In this document: positions 1 through 8,895 of the stretch, one piece after another | How positions within the stretch are numbered: the stretch's first letter is position 1 | Layout of the letters: each line of letters opens with the position of its first letter | Source of the DNA: Opitutia bacterium UBA1276 | GTDB taxonomy: Bacteria; Verrucomicrobiota; Verrucomicrobiia; Opitutales; Seribacteraceae | Length of the DNA stretch: 50,660 bases | Assembly: GCA_002308735.1 (NCBI GenBank) | Contig: DBVA01000067.1 | Location: forward strand, 1 to 50,660 | Direction of reading: 5' to 3' | Notes under the pieces: generated by a model | Told to the model about the DNA's origin: nothing | The model's input: only the letters and a program-made list of their open reading frames with translations | Databases searched by the model: none | Position numbers and translations under genes: made by a program

Positions 1-622
1 TTACAATCCGGAAATATTTCCCTCGCTGTGGATTCCGCAGTTCAATCTGATCCGCACCCTGAAGTGCCTTTTCAGTCAGCTCCCGAGCCTGTTTCGCTAA
101 TGCTTTCACCTCGTCGCTCGTACCCTTCATTTCGGGGGTATCGACACCCGCAAGGCGAATAGACAATTTATCTCCAAAGATCGGAACTTGCTGGGGTAAG
201 TTGATTTTGAAGGTATCCCCGTCATACACTTCTGCAATTTGATCGGGAGTAAGGATGAAGAGATTCTCTTTGGAGAGCATCCCTTCGTCCATTTTCTCCT
301 CCAGTAGATAATCCATTGCCCAAGCAACAGATAGAATCACCACCGACAGAGCAGCCGTCACCGACAGGCAGCCAATTATCAACTTCTTGCGTCGTTGCTT
401 CTTAGTTTTCTTGGGTACTACATCGGCGCCGGTTTGTGGTTTTACCTCTGGCTTGATAGGTACGACTACATAACCAGGAATCTCACGGATACCCACCCAG
501 TTCTTACCATCGTAGCAGGCTGGTTGATCTTCTTTTAAATTGCCTGCTTTGACATAGGAGCGTAGTTGCTGGACGGAATAAGGGCCGTAGTTCTTCCCGC
601 CGATATGAACGAAGACCTGCAT
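1..622 (-). CDS. GYF_2 (DUF4339) domain + transmembrane helix + thermonuclease (SNase-like) domain protein; 3' end runs off the window
   Basis: Not in the ORF track. Hand translation from ATG at 622 gives an open frame to the edge: MQVFVHIGGKNYGPYSVQQLRSYVKAGNL...W (GYF_2-like GPY motif), KKQRRKKLIIGCLSVTAALSVVILSVAWAM (TM), then VYDGDTFKI...IRLAGVDTPEMKG...RGKYFRIV (SNase DGDT / RLxGxDTPE motifs). Confidence 0.85.
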   Translation of the reverse strand, partial: MQVFVHIGGKNYGPYSVQQLRSYVKAGNLKEDQPACYDGKNWVGIREIPGYVVVPIKPEVKPQTGADVVPKKTKKQRRKKLIIGCLSVTAALSVVILSVAWAMDYLLEEKMDEGMLSKENLFILTPDQIAEVYDGDTFKINLPQQVPIFGDKLSIRLAGVDTPEMKGTSDEVKALAKQARELTEKALQGADQIELRNPQRGKYFRIV

Positions 623-883
623 TAGTTTACTCTAGAAGATCATGCACAAAGTAGTCAATGAATCAGATTCTTTATAAAAATTAATTTCTCTAATAAATGA
701 GTATTCCCGAATCCTTGAAGGGAAGCTTTAGGATTACTTGTCCCATCCTCTAGCTTTCAGTTTTTTTCCTTTGAGTGCGAAAACCTAGATTTTTGATTCG
801 ATCAGGCCAATTAACTTTTCAGCGAAGGCAAAATTAAGATCCATTTACGAAGAATCTAATACCAACTTGAAAAAAGGAAAAAG

Positions 884-961
884 TGGGGCGAAAGACGGGA
901 TTCGAACCCGCGACCCCTGGTACCACAAACCAGTGCTCTAACCAACTGAGCTACTATCGCC
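884..961 (-). tRNA. tRNA-His (GUG), with encoded G-1 and CCA
   Basis: Reverse complement: G-GCGATAG-TA-GCTCAGTTGGTTAGAGC-A-CTGGT-TTGTGGT-ACCAG-GGGTC-GCGGGTTCGAATCCCGT-CTTTCGC-C-CCA. Cloverleaf with GTG anticodon, C73 discriminator and G-1. Confidence 0.97.
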
Positions 962-1084
962 ACAAATGAAATCACAAGGGTATGAATCAGGATGATAGCG
1001 TCAATTCCAAAGCTTTCAGGTTTCAGAGCAAGCACTCTTGACCAACTGCAAGGGCTCGGACATACTGGTTGGTTTTTTACTATT

Positions 1085-2188
1085 ATGCTACAAGCAGGAA
1101 TCGTCGGTTTACCCAATGTGGGAAAAAGTACTCTCTTCAACGCCTTGACCAAAACAAGAAAGGCGGAGGCAGCCAATTATCCTTTCTGCACCATTGACCC
1201 GAATGTTGGAGTCGTGCAGGTGCCTGACTCCCGTCTTGAACCACTTGCCAAGATTGTGGGTACCTCCACGCTGATTCCGGCAGCCATTGAAATGGTGGAC
1301 ATTGCCGGTTTGGTTGAGGGGGCTAGCCAAGGGGAAGGATTGGGGAATAAATTTCTGGCTAATGTACGGGAGGTGGATGCGATCGTGCATGTGGTGCGTT
1401 GCTTTGAGGATGAAGATGTCATTCACAACATGGGTAGAGTTGATCCGATTGCGGACGCTGAAGTGATCATGACCGAACTGGTACTTGCGGATGTCGAATC
1501 GGCAACCAGCCAATTTCAAAAAAATGAAAAGAAAGCACGGGGGCAGGATAAGGAAGCCGCTGCCAATGCACAGTTGCTTGAGCGGTTGATGCCTCATTTA
1601 GACCAGGGAAAGCCGGCGAATTTATTGGAGATGGATGAAGATGAACTCCTTCGGATGAAGTCATTCTGCCTACTGAGCTCGAAACCAATGCTCTATGCCT
1701 GCAATTTAAAGGAAGATGAAGTTGCTGATCCTGAATCAAACCCGAACCTCGCGGGCTTTCAGGAGTGGGCAAGTAAACAACAGGATGCAAATTGTTGCAT
1801 CATTTCAGCAAAAATGGAGGAGGAATTATCCGATCTCTCTGACGAGGATGCGAAAGAATATTTAGAGGCGATGGGGGTGGAAGATTCAGGGGTTACCTCC
1901 CTCATTCGTGCTTCTTATCAACTGCTTGGACTGGCTAGTTATTTGACAGCAGGAGAGAAGGAGGCAAGAGCCTGGACTTTCAAGCAAGGAATGACTGCAC
2001 CTCAGTGCGCAGGGGTGATCCATACCGACTTTGAGAAGAGCTTCATTAAAGCAGAGGTGGTTTCTTATGTTGATTTGATTGCCGCCGGGTCGATGCAAGC
2101 GGCCCGTGAAAATGGTAAACTTCGACTGGAAGGAAAGGAATATATTTTCGAGGATGGTGATGTCGCCCTCTTCAAATGTAATGCCTGA
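1085..2188 (+). CDS. ychF: Redox-regulated ATPase YchF (Obg family)
   Basis: [35 protein letters not shown] and a TGS C-terminus. Start moved to ATG 1085 (MLQAGIVG). Confidence 0.97.
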   Translation: MLQAGIVGLPNVGKSTLFNALTKTRKAEAANYPFCTIDPNVGVVQVPDSRLEPLAKIVGTSTLIPAAIEMVDIAGLVEGASQGEGLGNKFLANVREVDAIVHVVRCFEDEDVIHNMGRVDPIADAEVIMTELVLADVESATSQFQKNEKKARGQDKEAAANAQLLERLMPHLDQGKPANLLEMDEDELLRMKSFCLLSSKPMLYACNLKEDEVADPESNPNLAGFQEWASKQQDANCCIISAKMEEELSDLSDEDAKEYLEAMGVEDSGVTSLIRASYQLLGLASYLTAGEKEARAWTFKQGMTAPQCAGVIHTDFEKSFIKAEVVSYVDLIAAGSMQAARENGKLRLEGKEYIFEDGDVALFKCNA

Positions 2189-2242
2189 TTTCTCCCTCTG
2201 ATGGTTGCCTTCGTCACCTGTAGCCTACATATATTAGCTTAG

Positions 2243-3273
2243 ATGTGCCGCTCTAATTTTAGCCCAAACACACTCGGAAAATTTTGTATTTCCTTGGGAA
2301 TCCTGACTTTTTTTGGCTCCTGTAGCGAAGACCCAGAAATTCAAAGTTATTCCATCACTCCCGAATATGATGGTCCGATGATTGTCTGGAAGTTGCCCGA
2401 TCACTGGGGTGAAAACCCGGAACTTTCCGGTCCTCTTGCCGGTTCATTTCATGTTAAAACAGACTCTGGGCCGAAAGGAAGAATTGGAGTGATGCCCTTT
2501 CGTGAAGCGGTCTCATCTCTGGAGATTACCAATATGTTTGGTATGGAACTTGGATACCAGGGATTTAATCAAGAAACTCTGAAGCAGGTACTACAGGTAA
2601 AAAAAATTGAGGGTAAAAATTTCGACTGGATTCGCTTAACCGAAAGAGTACAGAGTGAAAATCCGAGCACCGCCCTCCTGGCAATCTTGAGAAATGAACA
2701 TGATACCTGGCTTTTTCCTTTTATCGCTGATGCCCAGCTCATTAATGAGGAGATGGAGTCTTTCACCAATTTCCTTGGTTCCATCATTGCACGGGCTGGA
2801 GAAAAGAAAATTCGGGCGGCTATGCCCGCATTACCACCCCCCCAGTTCCCACAGCAAGTGGAAATCCAACTTGGGAGACTCCCAAGCATTGGTTACCGGG
2901 GAAGGTATCCTCGATGCGAGTTGGTAGTTTTCTAGTACAAGACGAAAATGGAAAGGAGCTAGATTTTTCAATCACCACATTTCCGGGAGATGTTGGTGGC
3001 TTGCTTCCAAATATTAACCGTTGGCTTGGGCAGGTAAATCTGCCCGAGGTCAATCCCGACTCTCAATCAAAATATGTTTCCGAAATTATTCTAGACGAAA
3101 AATCGGCTCAGTTATTGATTGCAGAAAATGAAGAAAAATCGGTCTACGGTGCCCTTTATTTCGGACCTTCCCAGTCTTGGTTCTTTAAACTTATCGGCGA
3201 TTCTGAGCTGGCAAGAGTTGAGAAAGAAAATTTTCTTACTTTATTGGAATCTGTCTGTTTTCATGATCATTGA
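2243..3273 (+). pseudogene. Lipoprotein upstream of the cytochrome c biogenesis genes, split by a frameshift at a C7 tract (2837-2843); either a real disruption or a sequencing error
   Basis: ORF 2243-2935 has a lipobox (FFGSC). Adding one C at 2837-2843 continues into PVPTASGNPTWETPKHWLPGKVSSMRVGSF..., the frame of ORF 2914-3273. This gives a 343-aa protein with two related W-x-x-P-x-H-W domains. Confidence 0.8.
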
Positions 3274-3301
3274 CCCACATTTTCCATATTAACCTTAATC
3301 C

Positions 3302-4591
3302 ATGAGTGCTAATACTCGAAAAAATAAAAGTCCTTTTTCCTTAGGAGTTCGAAAAAAGGCTTTTCCATGGTTGGTTCCTTTGTCCTCAGTTCGGCTTACT
3401 CTGGTCCTCCTTAGCTTATCGATGATTTTAATCTTTGTTGCCACCCTCGAGCAGGTTCGGATCGGAATTCGTGGTGCCCAGGCCGAGTACTTTGAGAGTT
3501 TTTTTGGTATTTGGTACTACCCCACTGAATTTTGGGGTGGATCATTTCTAAATTTCATCCCTCTCCCGATTCCGGGAGGATATTTGCTCGGTGGCTTGTT
3601 AATCCTTAATTTGATCGCGGCTTTTATCACCCGCTTCCAAATGACCTACAAGAAGATGGGTATTCAAATCATTCATCTGGGGATCATCCTCCTTTTAATT
3701 GGTCAAATGGTAACGCAAGCCATTCAAGTTGAATCAAGAATGCAAATCAACAAGGGAGAAACCAGTAATTATTTGGAACGCTTCCATGGGGTCGAACTGG
3801 TATTTACGGACATTACCGATGCCTCCGAAAGTAAGGTTGTAGCAATTCCCGAGGAAATGCTTGAAGTGGGACGCACCTTGAATACCCCAAAATTTCCCCT
3901 GAAGGTTCGGGTCAAGAGCTTTGGCCCAAATTGTAATTTTGACCTGAAAGAGAGTGGAGAGAATAGAGGAAATATAACCGCTGGGGTGGACCGCGGGGTT
4001 GGAGTCTCATCGAATTTATCGATCACCCCAATCGAGGAAGATTTTAGCGCAGAAGGTGTCAATTTTAGTTATGCGGTATTCGAACTACTGGACCAAAGTG
4101 AGAGTTTGGGAACATGGACCGCGGTAGCACATCCTGCGGGCAACAGCAGGTGGGAATTAATCCATCCAAAACTTGCGGGTCTTTCTTTTCAACCCATCCG
4201 ACATGACGGCAGGTTATGGGGGATGGAACTCAGAGCAAAACGCGAATACCTACCCTTCTCCATCGAATTACTTGGAATTGAAAACGAGTTTTATCAAGGC
4301 ACCGATATTCCTCATAATTTCGAGAGCCATATCAACCTCAATCTTGAAAGTGGACAGAAGCGAAAGGCACTGGTTTACATGAACACCCCTCTTCGACATG
4401 CAGGGAAGACTTTTTATCAATACCAAATGAATAAAGCAGCTGATTACTCCGTCTTCCAAGTAATTCGTAACCCCAGCTGGTTGGTTCCCTACATTGCCTG
4501 TATTCTGGTCTCGGTCGGACTCCTCTGGCAATTTAGTTTCCATTTAATTTCCTTTCTACGAAAACAAGCGAAAGCGGCTCCTGCGGTATGA
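3302..4591 (+). CDS. resB: Cytochrome c biogenesis system II ResB/Ccs1-like protein
   Basis: N-terminal TM helices with IIHLGII (conserved His), a large soluble domain, MNTPLRHAGKTFYQ, and a C-terminal TM after RNPSWLVPY. Overlaps the ccsA start. Confidence 0.85.
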   Translation: MSANTRKNKSPFSLGVRKKAFPWLVPLSSVRLTLVLLSLSMILIFVATLEQVRIGIRGAQAEYFESFFGIWYYPTEFWGGSFLNFIPLPIPGGYLLGGLLILNLIAAFITRFQMTYKKMGIQIIHLGIILLLIGQMVTQAIQVESRMQINKGETSNYLERFHGVELVFTDITDASESKVVAIPEEMLEVGRTLNTPKFPLKVRVKSFGPNCNFDLKESGENRGNITAGVDRGVGVSSNLSITPIEEDFSAEGVNFSYAVFELLDQSESLGTWTAVAHPAGNSRWELIHPKLAGLSFQPIRHDGRLWGMELRAKREYLPFSIELLGIENEFYQGTDIPHNFESHINLNLESGQKRKALVYMNTPLRHAGKTFYQYQMNKAADYSVFQVIRNPSWLVPYIACILVSVGLLWQFSFHLISFLRKQAKAAPAV

Positions 4592-6813
4592 AGTTCCTGA
4601 CTAAATTTCCCATATTACCAGGTTTTCTTTTCTGCCTGGGTCTTTATCTAGCGATTTTGCCGATGGGATCTACAAGGTCGTCTCTTTTTGATTTTTTCAC
4701 TCCTGAATCCAAGCCTGAAACGGAATCTATCGATTTGGAAGGATTCTCCCATATCCCAGTCCTCCGGGGTGGAAGAGTCAAGCCAATGGATAGTGTAGCC
4801 CGCAACACCTTGCTGGTCCTTCGTAACAAAAGGACTGCCCTCGATGAAAGTGGTACTAAAATCCCAGCGATCGAATGGTTTGCCAATGTCTTGTTTGATC
4901 CTGAAGAAGCAGACAAGTTAAAGACTTTCGTGGTCGATCATGATCAAGTCCTTGGTCTGCTGAATCGAAAGTTTGCAAAGGATGGAAAATTTTACTCGTA
5001 CAATGACCTCGAACCCTATCTAGAACAGATTGATCAAAGTGCCCGGGAGTCGGGCAAATTGGAAAGGGAAAAACAGGATAGTTTTGATCAGAATATTATC
5101 GACCTCTACCGAAGCTTAATACTCTACCGAAAACTTAAGCATACCCTCTCCCCTCCTGCTCCCCCCTCTGATAGTGAAATGATTGCCGACCTGGGTATTG
5201 AAGATCTGTTTTTCAACCCCGAGACGGACCCTGATCAAGTTTCAGAATACCAACGCTTTCGAGACCTGACCCAGGCTATTTCTAAGGAAGCAGATTCGAT
5301 CCGAATGGGAAGTAATGAATTCGCCAAGGTGGTGTTCATGCTCGACCATTATTCCAGGGCAAATCTATGGTCTGAATTTTTCCCGGTCCCTCCAGAGCCT
5401 GGGGATGCCAAGAAAAAATGGAGAAAATTGGGTGAATCAATGGTGGGCGAAGAACCCCTGGATTCCCAAGAAAAAAGAAACCTCGACCCTGTTCAGTTTT
5501 CTTCCCTTCTCCGAGAATTAGTTTTAACCGAGCCAAATGAATTAAGAAAGAAAATCGATTTCATTTATGAAACCGAAAAAATGAACCCGAGTGCCCTATT
5601 CGCCGCCCAGTATGCTGAGGCCATCAAGCTTCGCAGAGATGTTGACCCTATCCTGCAATCTTATGAAGACCTCAGGATTTCTTTCCTGGATAAAGATCCA
5701 GTCCGATTTAACTCCGCAGTTGCTTCAATTCGTAACGCCTGTGAAGAGCGTGCACCTGACCAGGTTGGGAAGATTAATTTCGAAAAAACTTACAATGAAT
5801 TCGAACCTTTTTACCGAAGTTCCCTGGCTTACATTATTGTTTTTGTCTCTGCCTGTCTTTCTTGGCTCTGCCTCGCTTCCGATAGTGCAAAATTTAATTC
5901 AAAGCACGCGACCAGCTTTCGAAATGTTGCTTATCAACTGACCTTGATCATTCTTCTCGCTCACACTTTTGGTTTGCTGGGGAGAATGTATATTGAAGGC
6001 AGGCCACCGGTTACTAACCTCTATTCATCCGCCCTTTTCATTGGATGGGGTGCGGTTTTACTTTGTTGGTTTACTGAAAAATACCTAAGGCTTGGGATCG
6101 CTTCCGCGATGGGTGCGGTAGTGGGTTGTGGAAGTTTGGTGATCGCTCACAACCTAAGCCTGGATTCTTCCCTTAATCCAACGGGTGACACCATGGAAAT
6201 GATGAGAGCGGTGCTAGACTCCAATTTTTGGTTAGCCACTCATGTGGTCACGGTCACCATTGGATACTCCACCACCTTTCTGGCAGGATTCTTGGGCATA
6301 GCCTATGTGATGCATTATCTCCTTTTTCAAGTCACTACTTCTCCAAACAGCAGTGGTAAATTATCAACCCTTCTTTCCTCCTCTCGTAAACGAGTTGAGA
6401 AAACTCTGGGATCGATGATTTTTGGAATTACATGCTTCTCCTTATTTTTCAGCCTGATTGGTACCGTGTTGGGCGGAATCTGGGCAGATCAATCATGGGG
6501 TCGATTTTGGGGTTGGGATGCCAAAGAGAATGGTGCTTTGCTGATTGTCATCTGGAATGCAATCATTCTCCACGCCCGATGGTCAGGTGTTGCCCGGATC
6601 CGGGGAATTTCTTGCCTGGCCATCTTTGGAAATGTAGTCACTGCTTGGTCTTGGTTTGGTACCAACATGCTAGGGGTCGGGCTTCACTCTTATGGCTTTA
6701 TGGACAAGGCTTTTAACCCATTGATGTCCTTTATTGTTTCTCAGGTTGTTGTGATCGCTTTGGCCTACACCGTTCCAATTCTTTTTAGGAGACCAAGTAT
6801 CAAAACTGGTTAG
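4588..6813 (+). CDS. ccsA: Cytochrome c biogenesis protein CcsA/ResC with a large N-terminal soluble domain
   Basis: GRVKPMDS, RPPVTNLYSS, WLATHV, WWD motif WADQSWGRFWGWDAKE, ILHAR and GLHSY. Confidence 0.93.
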   Translation: MKFLTKFPILPGFLFCLGLYLAILPMGSTRSSLFDFFTPESKPETESIDLEGFSHIPVLRGGRVKPMDSVARNTLLVLRNKRTALDESGTKIPAIEWFANVLFDPEEADKLKTFVVDHDQVLGLLNRKFAKDGKFYSYNDLEPYLEQIDQSARESGKLEREKQDSFDQNIIDLYRSLILYRKLKHTLSPPAPPSDSEMIADLGIEDLFFNPETDPDQVSEYQRFRDLTQAISKEADSIRMGSNEFAKVVFMLDHYSRANLWSEFFPVPPEPGDAKKKWRKLGESMVGEEPLDSQEKRNLDPVQFSSLLRELVLTEPNELRKKIDFIYETEKMNPSALFAAQYAEAIKLRRDVDPILQSYEDLRISFLDKDPVRFNSAVASIRNACEERAPDQVGKINFEKTYNEFEPFYRSSLAYIIVFVSACLSWLCLASDSAKFNSKHATSFRNVAYQLTLIILLAHTFGLLGRMYIEGRPPVTNLYSSALFIGWGAVLLCWFTEKYLRLGIASAMGAVVGCGSLVIAHNLSLDSSLNPTGDTMEMMRAVLDSNFWLATHVVTVTIGYSTTFLAGFLGIAYVMHYLLFQVTTSPNSSGKLSTLLSSSRKRVEKTLGSMIFGITCFSLFFSLIGTVLGGIWADQSWGRFWGWDAKENGALLIVIWNAIILHARWSGVARIRGISCLAIFGNVVTAWSWFGTNMLGVGLHSYGFMDKAFNPLMSFIVSQVVVIALAYTVPILFRRPSIKTG

Positions 6814-6814
6814 T

Positions 6815-7288
6815 TTATTCTTTTGACTTTGGGAGGGATCGCCTTGGAGTCTTATCCAGTCCATCTCTTAAGACTTTGATAACTTCATCAACCGGTCTGC
6901 CAAAGGCACAGGGAAAAGGAATTTCTTTTTTTTCCTCCTTGTCCCCGACTGGGCTCTTCAACCTCAAGATGATCAGCTTGCGATTCATATATTCTTCCCA
7001 TTCAATACTCTCAATATTTTGATGAGGTACTTTTTTTCTTCCCCACCAAGTTCTTAAATCGAAACCATCCCGGTCGATTCTTAACCTCGACCAGGTAAGC
7101 AACTGGTCCGCAAAATTAAGGATCGAAATTACCAGTACCAAAACCGTAATAATCCAACCGGCAAGAGGTCCAAGAAAGTCCATAAATGCGAAGTAAATGG
7201 AACAAATAAATAAAAACAATGTGAAGCCAAGTTGCCTCCACCAGATCGGCTTAATTACGATAAAATCTTTGGTCTTGGGCTTACCCAC
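6815..7288 (-). CDS. Hypothetical membrane protein (2 TM helices + possible bacterial PH-like domain)
   Basis: Two hydrophobic helices followed by LRIDRDGFDLRTWWGRKKVPHQNIESIE. Lies downstream of lysS. Confidence 0.7.
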   Translation of the reverse strand: MGKPKTKDFIVIKPIWWRQLGFTLFLFICSIYFAFMDFLGPLAGWIITVLVLVISILNFADQLLTWSRLRIDRDGFDLRTWWGRKKVPHQNIESIEWEEYMNRKLIILRLKSPVGDKEEKKEIPFPCAFGRPVDEVIKVLRDGLDKTPRRSLPKSKE

Positions 7289-7329
7289 AAGCTTTTAAGA
7301 ATGGGTTGAAATTCTAATAATCTTTGCGA

Positions 7330-8817
7330 CTAAGATGGACGGAGGGTGGGAAATAGAATGGTATCTCTAATATTTGCGGCATTGGTTAGAAAAATTACCA
7401 GTCGATCAATGCCCATGCCCATGCCCCCTGCTGGTGGCATTCCGTGTTCAAGTGCAGTCAGAAAATCTTCATCCAGTTCTTGCGTTTCCTCACCAGCCTG
7501 AATCATAAAAGCTTCCCGTTGGACATCAGGATCATTCTGCTCGGAATAAGCGGGCGCAATTTCTTGCCCGTTAATGCAAAGTTCAAACACGTCAATGGTC
7601 GAGGGGTCTGATTCCGTAATTTTAGCAAGGGGACAAAGTTCACGAGGAATATGGGTGACGAAAGTGGGCTGTATCAAAGTGTGCTCAATCACTTTTTCAA
7701 AAACATCATTGGTAACTTCAAAATCTTCCAATTCTGGGTCTACCTCGATCCCCATGTCTTTGCACTTTTTAAGCTTTTCACTCTTTGCTAACTCAAACCA
7801 ATCCTCTTGCCCAACCGCATCGATAATAAGGTCTTTATATTTTGCTTCTCTCCATTGGCCCGAAAGTTCAATGGGTTCCCCTTCGGCTCTCTCGATGGTT
7901 AAAGAGCCTATGGCTTTATCCGCAACATGCTGGATTAAGGACTGGGTTAATTCCATCATCCCACGATAGTCTGAATAGGCTTGATAGGCCTCGAGCATGG
8001 TGAATTCAGGATTATGCCGTCTGGAAAGGCCCTCGTTTCTAAAAACTCGACCGACTTCAAATACCCGATCGAAACCACCAACTAAAAGACGCTTGAGATG
8101 AAGTTCCAATGCAATCCGCATCGAAAAATCACAATCCAAAGCATTGAAATGGGTACGGAATGGACGGGCAGCAGCACCACCGGAAACCGCTTGAAGCATC
8201 GGAGTTTCAACCTCCAAGAAATCCCGACTCCAAAAGAACTCACGAATCTCCCGGATGATTTGGCTTCTCCCACGAAAACGATTCCGGGAATCATCATTTA
8301 CAATCAGATCAAGATATCGTTGGCGATAGATTTGCTCATTATCGGTTAAACCATGCCACTTCTCCGGCAAAGGACGAAGGGCCTTGGATACCAATTTATA
8401 CTCCTTGGCCCGAATAGTGACCTCCCCCGTCTTGGTTCGAAAAAGGGGTCCACGAATTCCAATAAAGTCACCCAGGTCTAATTTCTTGAAGGATGCATAT
8501 TGATCTTCTCCGATCTCATCTCTTCTAACATACGATTGAATTTTGCCAGAGCGGTCCAAAATTTTTAGAAAGGATGCTTTTCCCATTAGACGAAAGGCGA
8601 CAATTCTACCAGCCACGGAGACTTCCGGACCTTGTTCTTCATCCTCCGGCAACAAGCTGATCGCTTCGGTTGAAACATGGGTTTGATCCCAATTGGTACG
8701 AAAAGGGTCTACCCCCTCCTCACGCATGCGCAGTAACTTATCTTGGCGGACTGCAACTTGATCGCTACCGTCCAAATTCTGGCTTGGCTGTTCTGGGGCT
8801 GTCGACTTTTTGTTCAT
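7330..8817 (-). CDS. lysS: Lysine--tRNA ligase (class II)
   Basis: LRPLPEKWHGL, YRQRYLDLI, VFRNEG...HNPEFTMLEAY and HGMPPAGGMGMGIDRL. Start probably ATG 8817. Confidence 0.97.
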   Translation of the reverse strand: MNKKSTAPEQPSQNLDGSDQVAVRQDKLLRMREEGVDPFRTNWDQTHVSTEAISLLPEDEEQGPEVSVAGRIVAFRLMGKASFLKILDRSGKIQSYVRRDEIGEDQYASFKKLDLGDFIGIRGPLFRTKTGEVTIRAKEYKLVSKALRPLPEKWHGLTDNEQIYRQRYLDLIVNDDSRNRFRGRSQIIREIREFFWSRDFLEVETPMLQAVSGGAAARPFRTHFNALDCDFSMRIALELHLKRLLVGGFDRVFEVGRVFRNEGLSRRHNPEFTMLEAYQAYSDYRGMMELTQSLIQHVADKAIGSLTIERAEGEPIELSGQWREAKYKDLIIDAVGQEDWFELAKSEKLKKCKDMGIEVDPELEDFEVTNDVFEKVIEHTLIQPTFVTHIPRELCPLAKITESDPSTIDVFELCINGQEIAPAYSEQNDPDVQREAFMIQAGEETQELDEDFLTALEHGMPPAGGMGMGIDRLVIFLTNAANIRDTILFPTLRPS

Positions 8818-8895
8818 AAATTCCAAAAACATGTATTTTTTTGTCGGTGAAGACAATGGGAAAAGCCTCTTAGACAGGCAAGAATCTTGAATTTA

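Noticed and set aside
127-327. 66-aa ORF from the track
   Set aside because: It is an out-of-frame shadow of the thermonuclease gene on the same strand.
856-1176. 106-aa minus-strand ORF and the N-terminal extension of ychF from 992
   Set aside because: The ORF overlaps tRNA-His and antisense ychF. YchF homology begins at ATG 1085.
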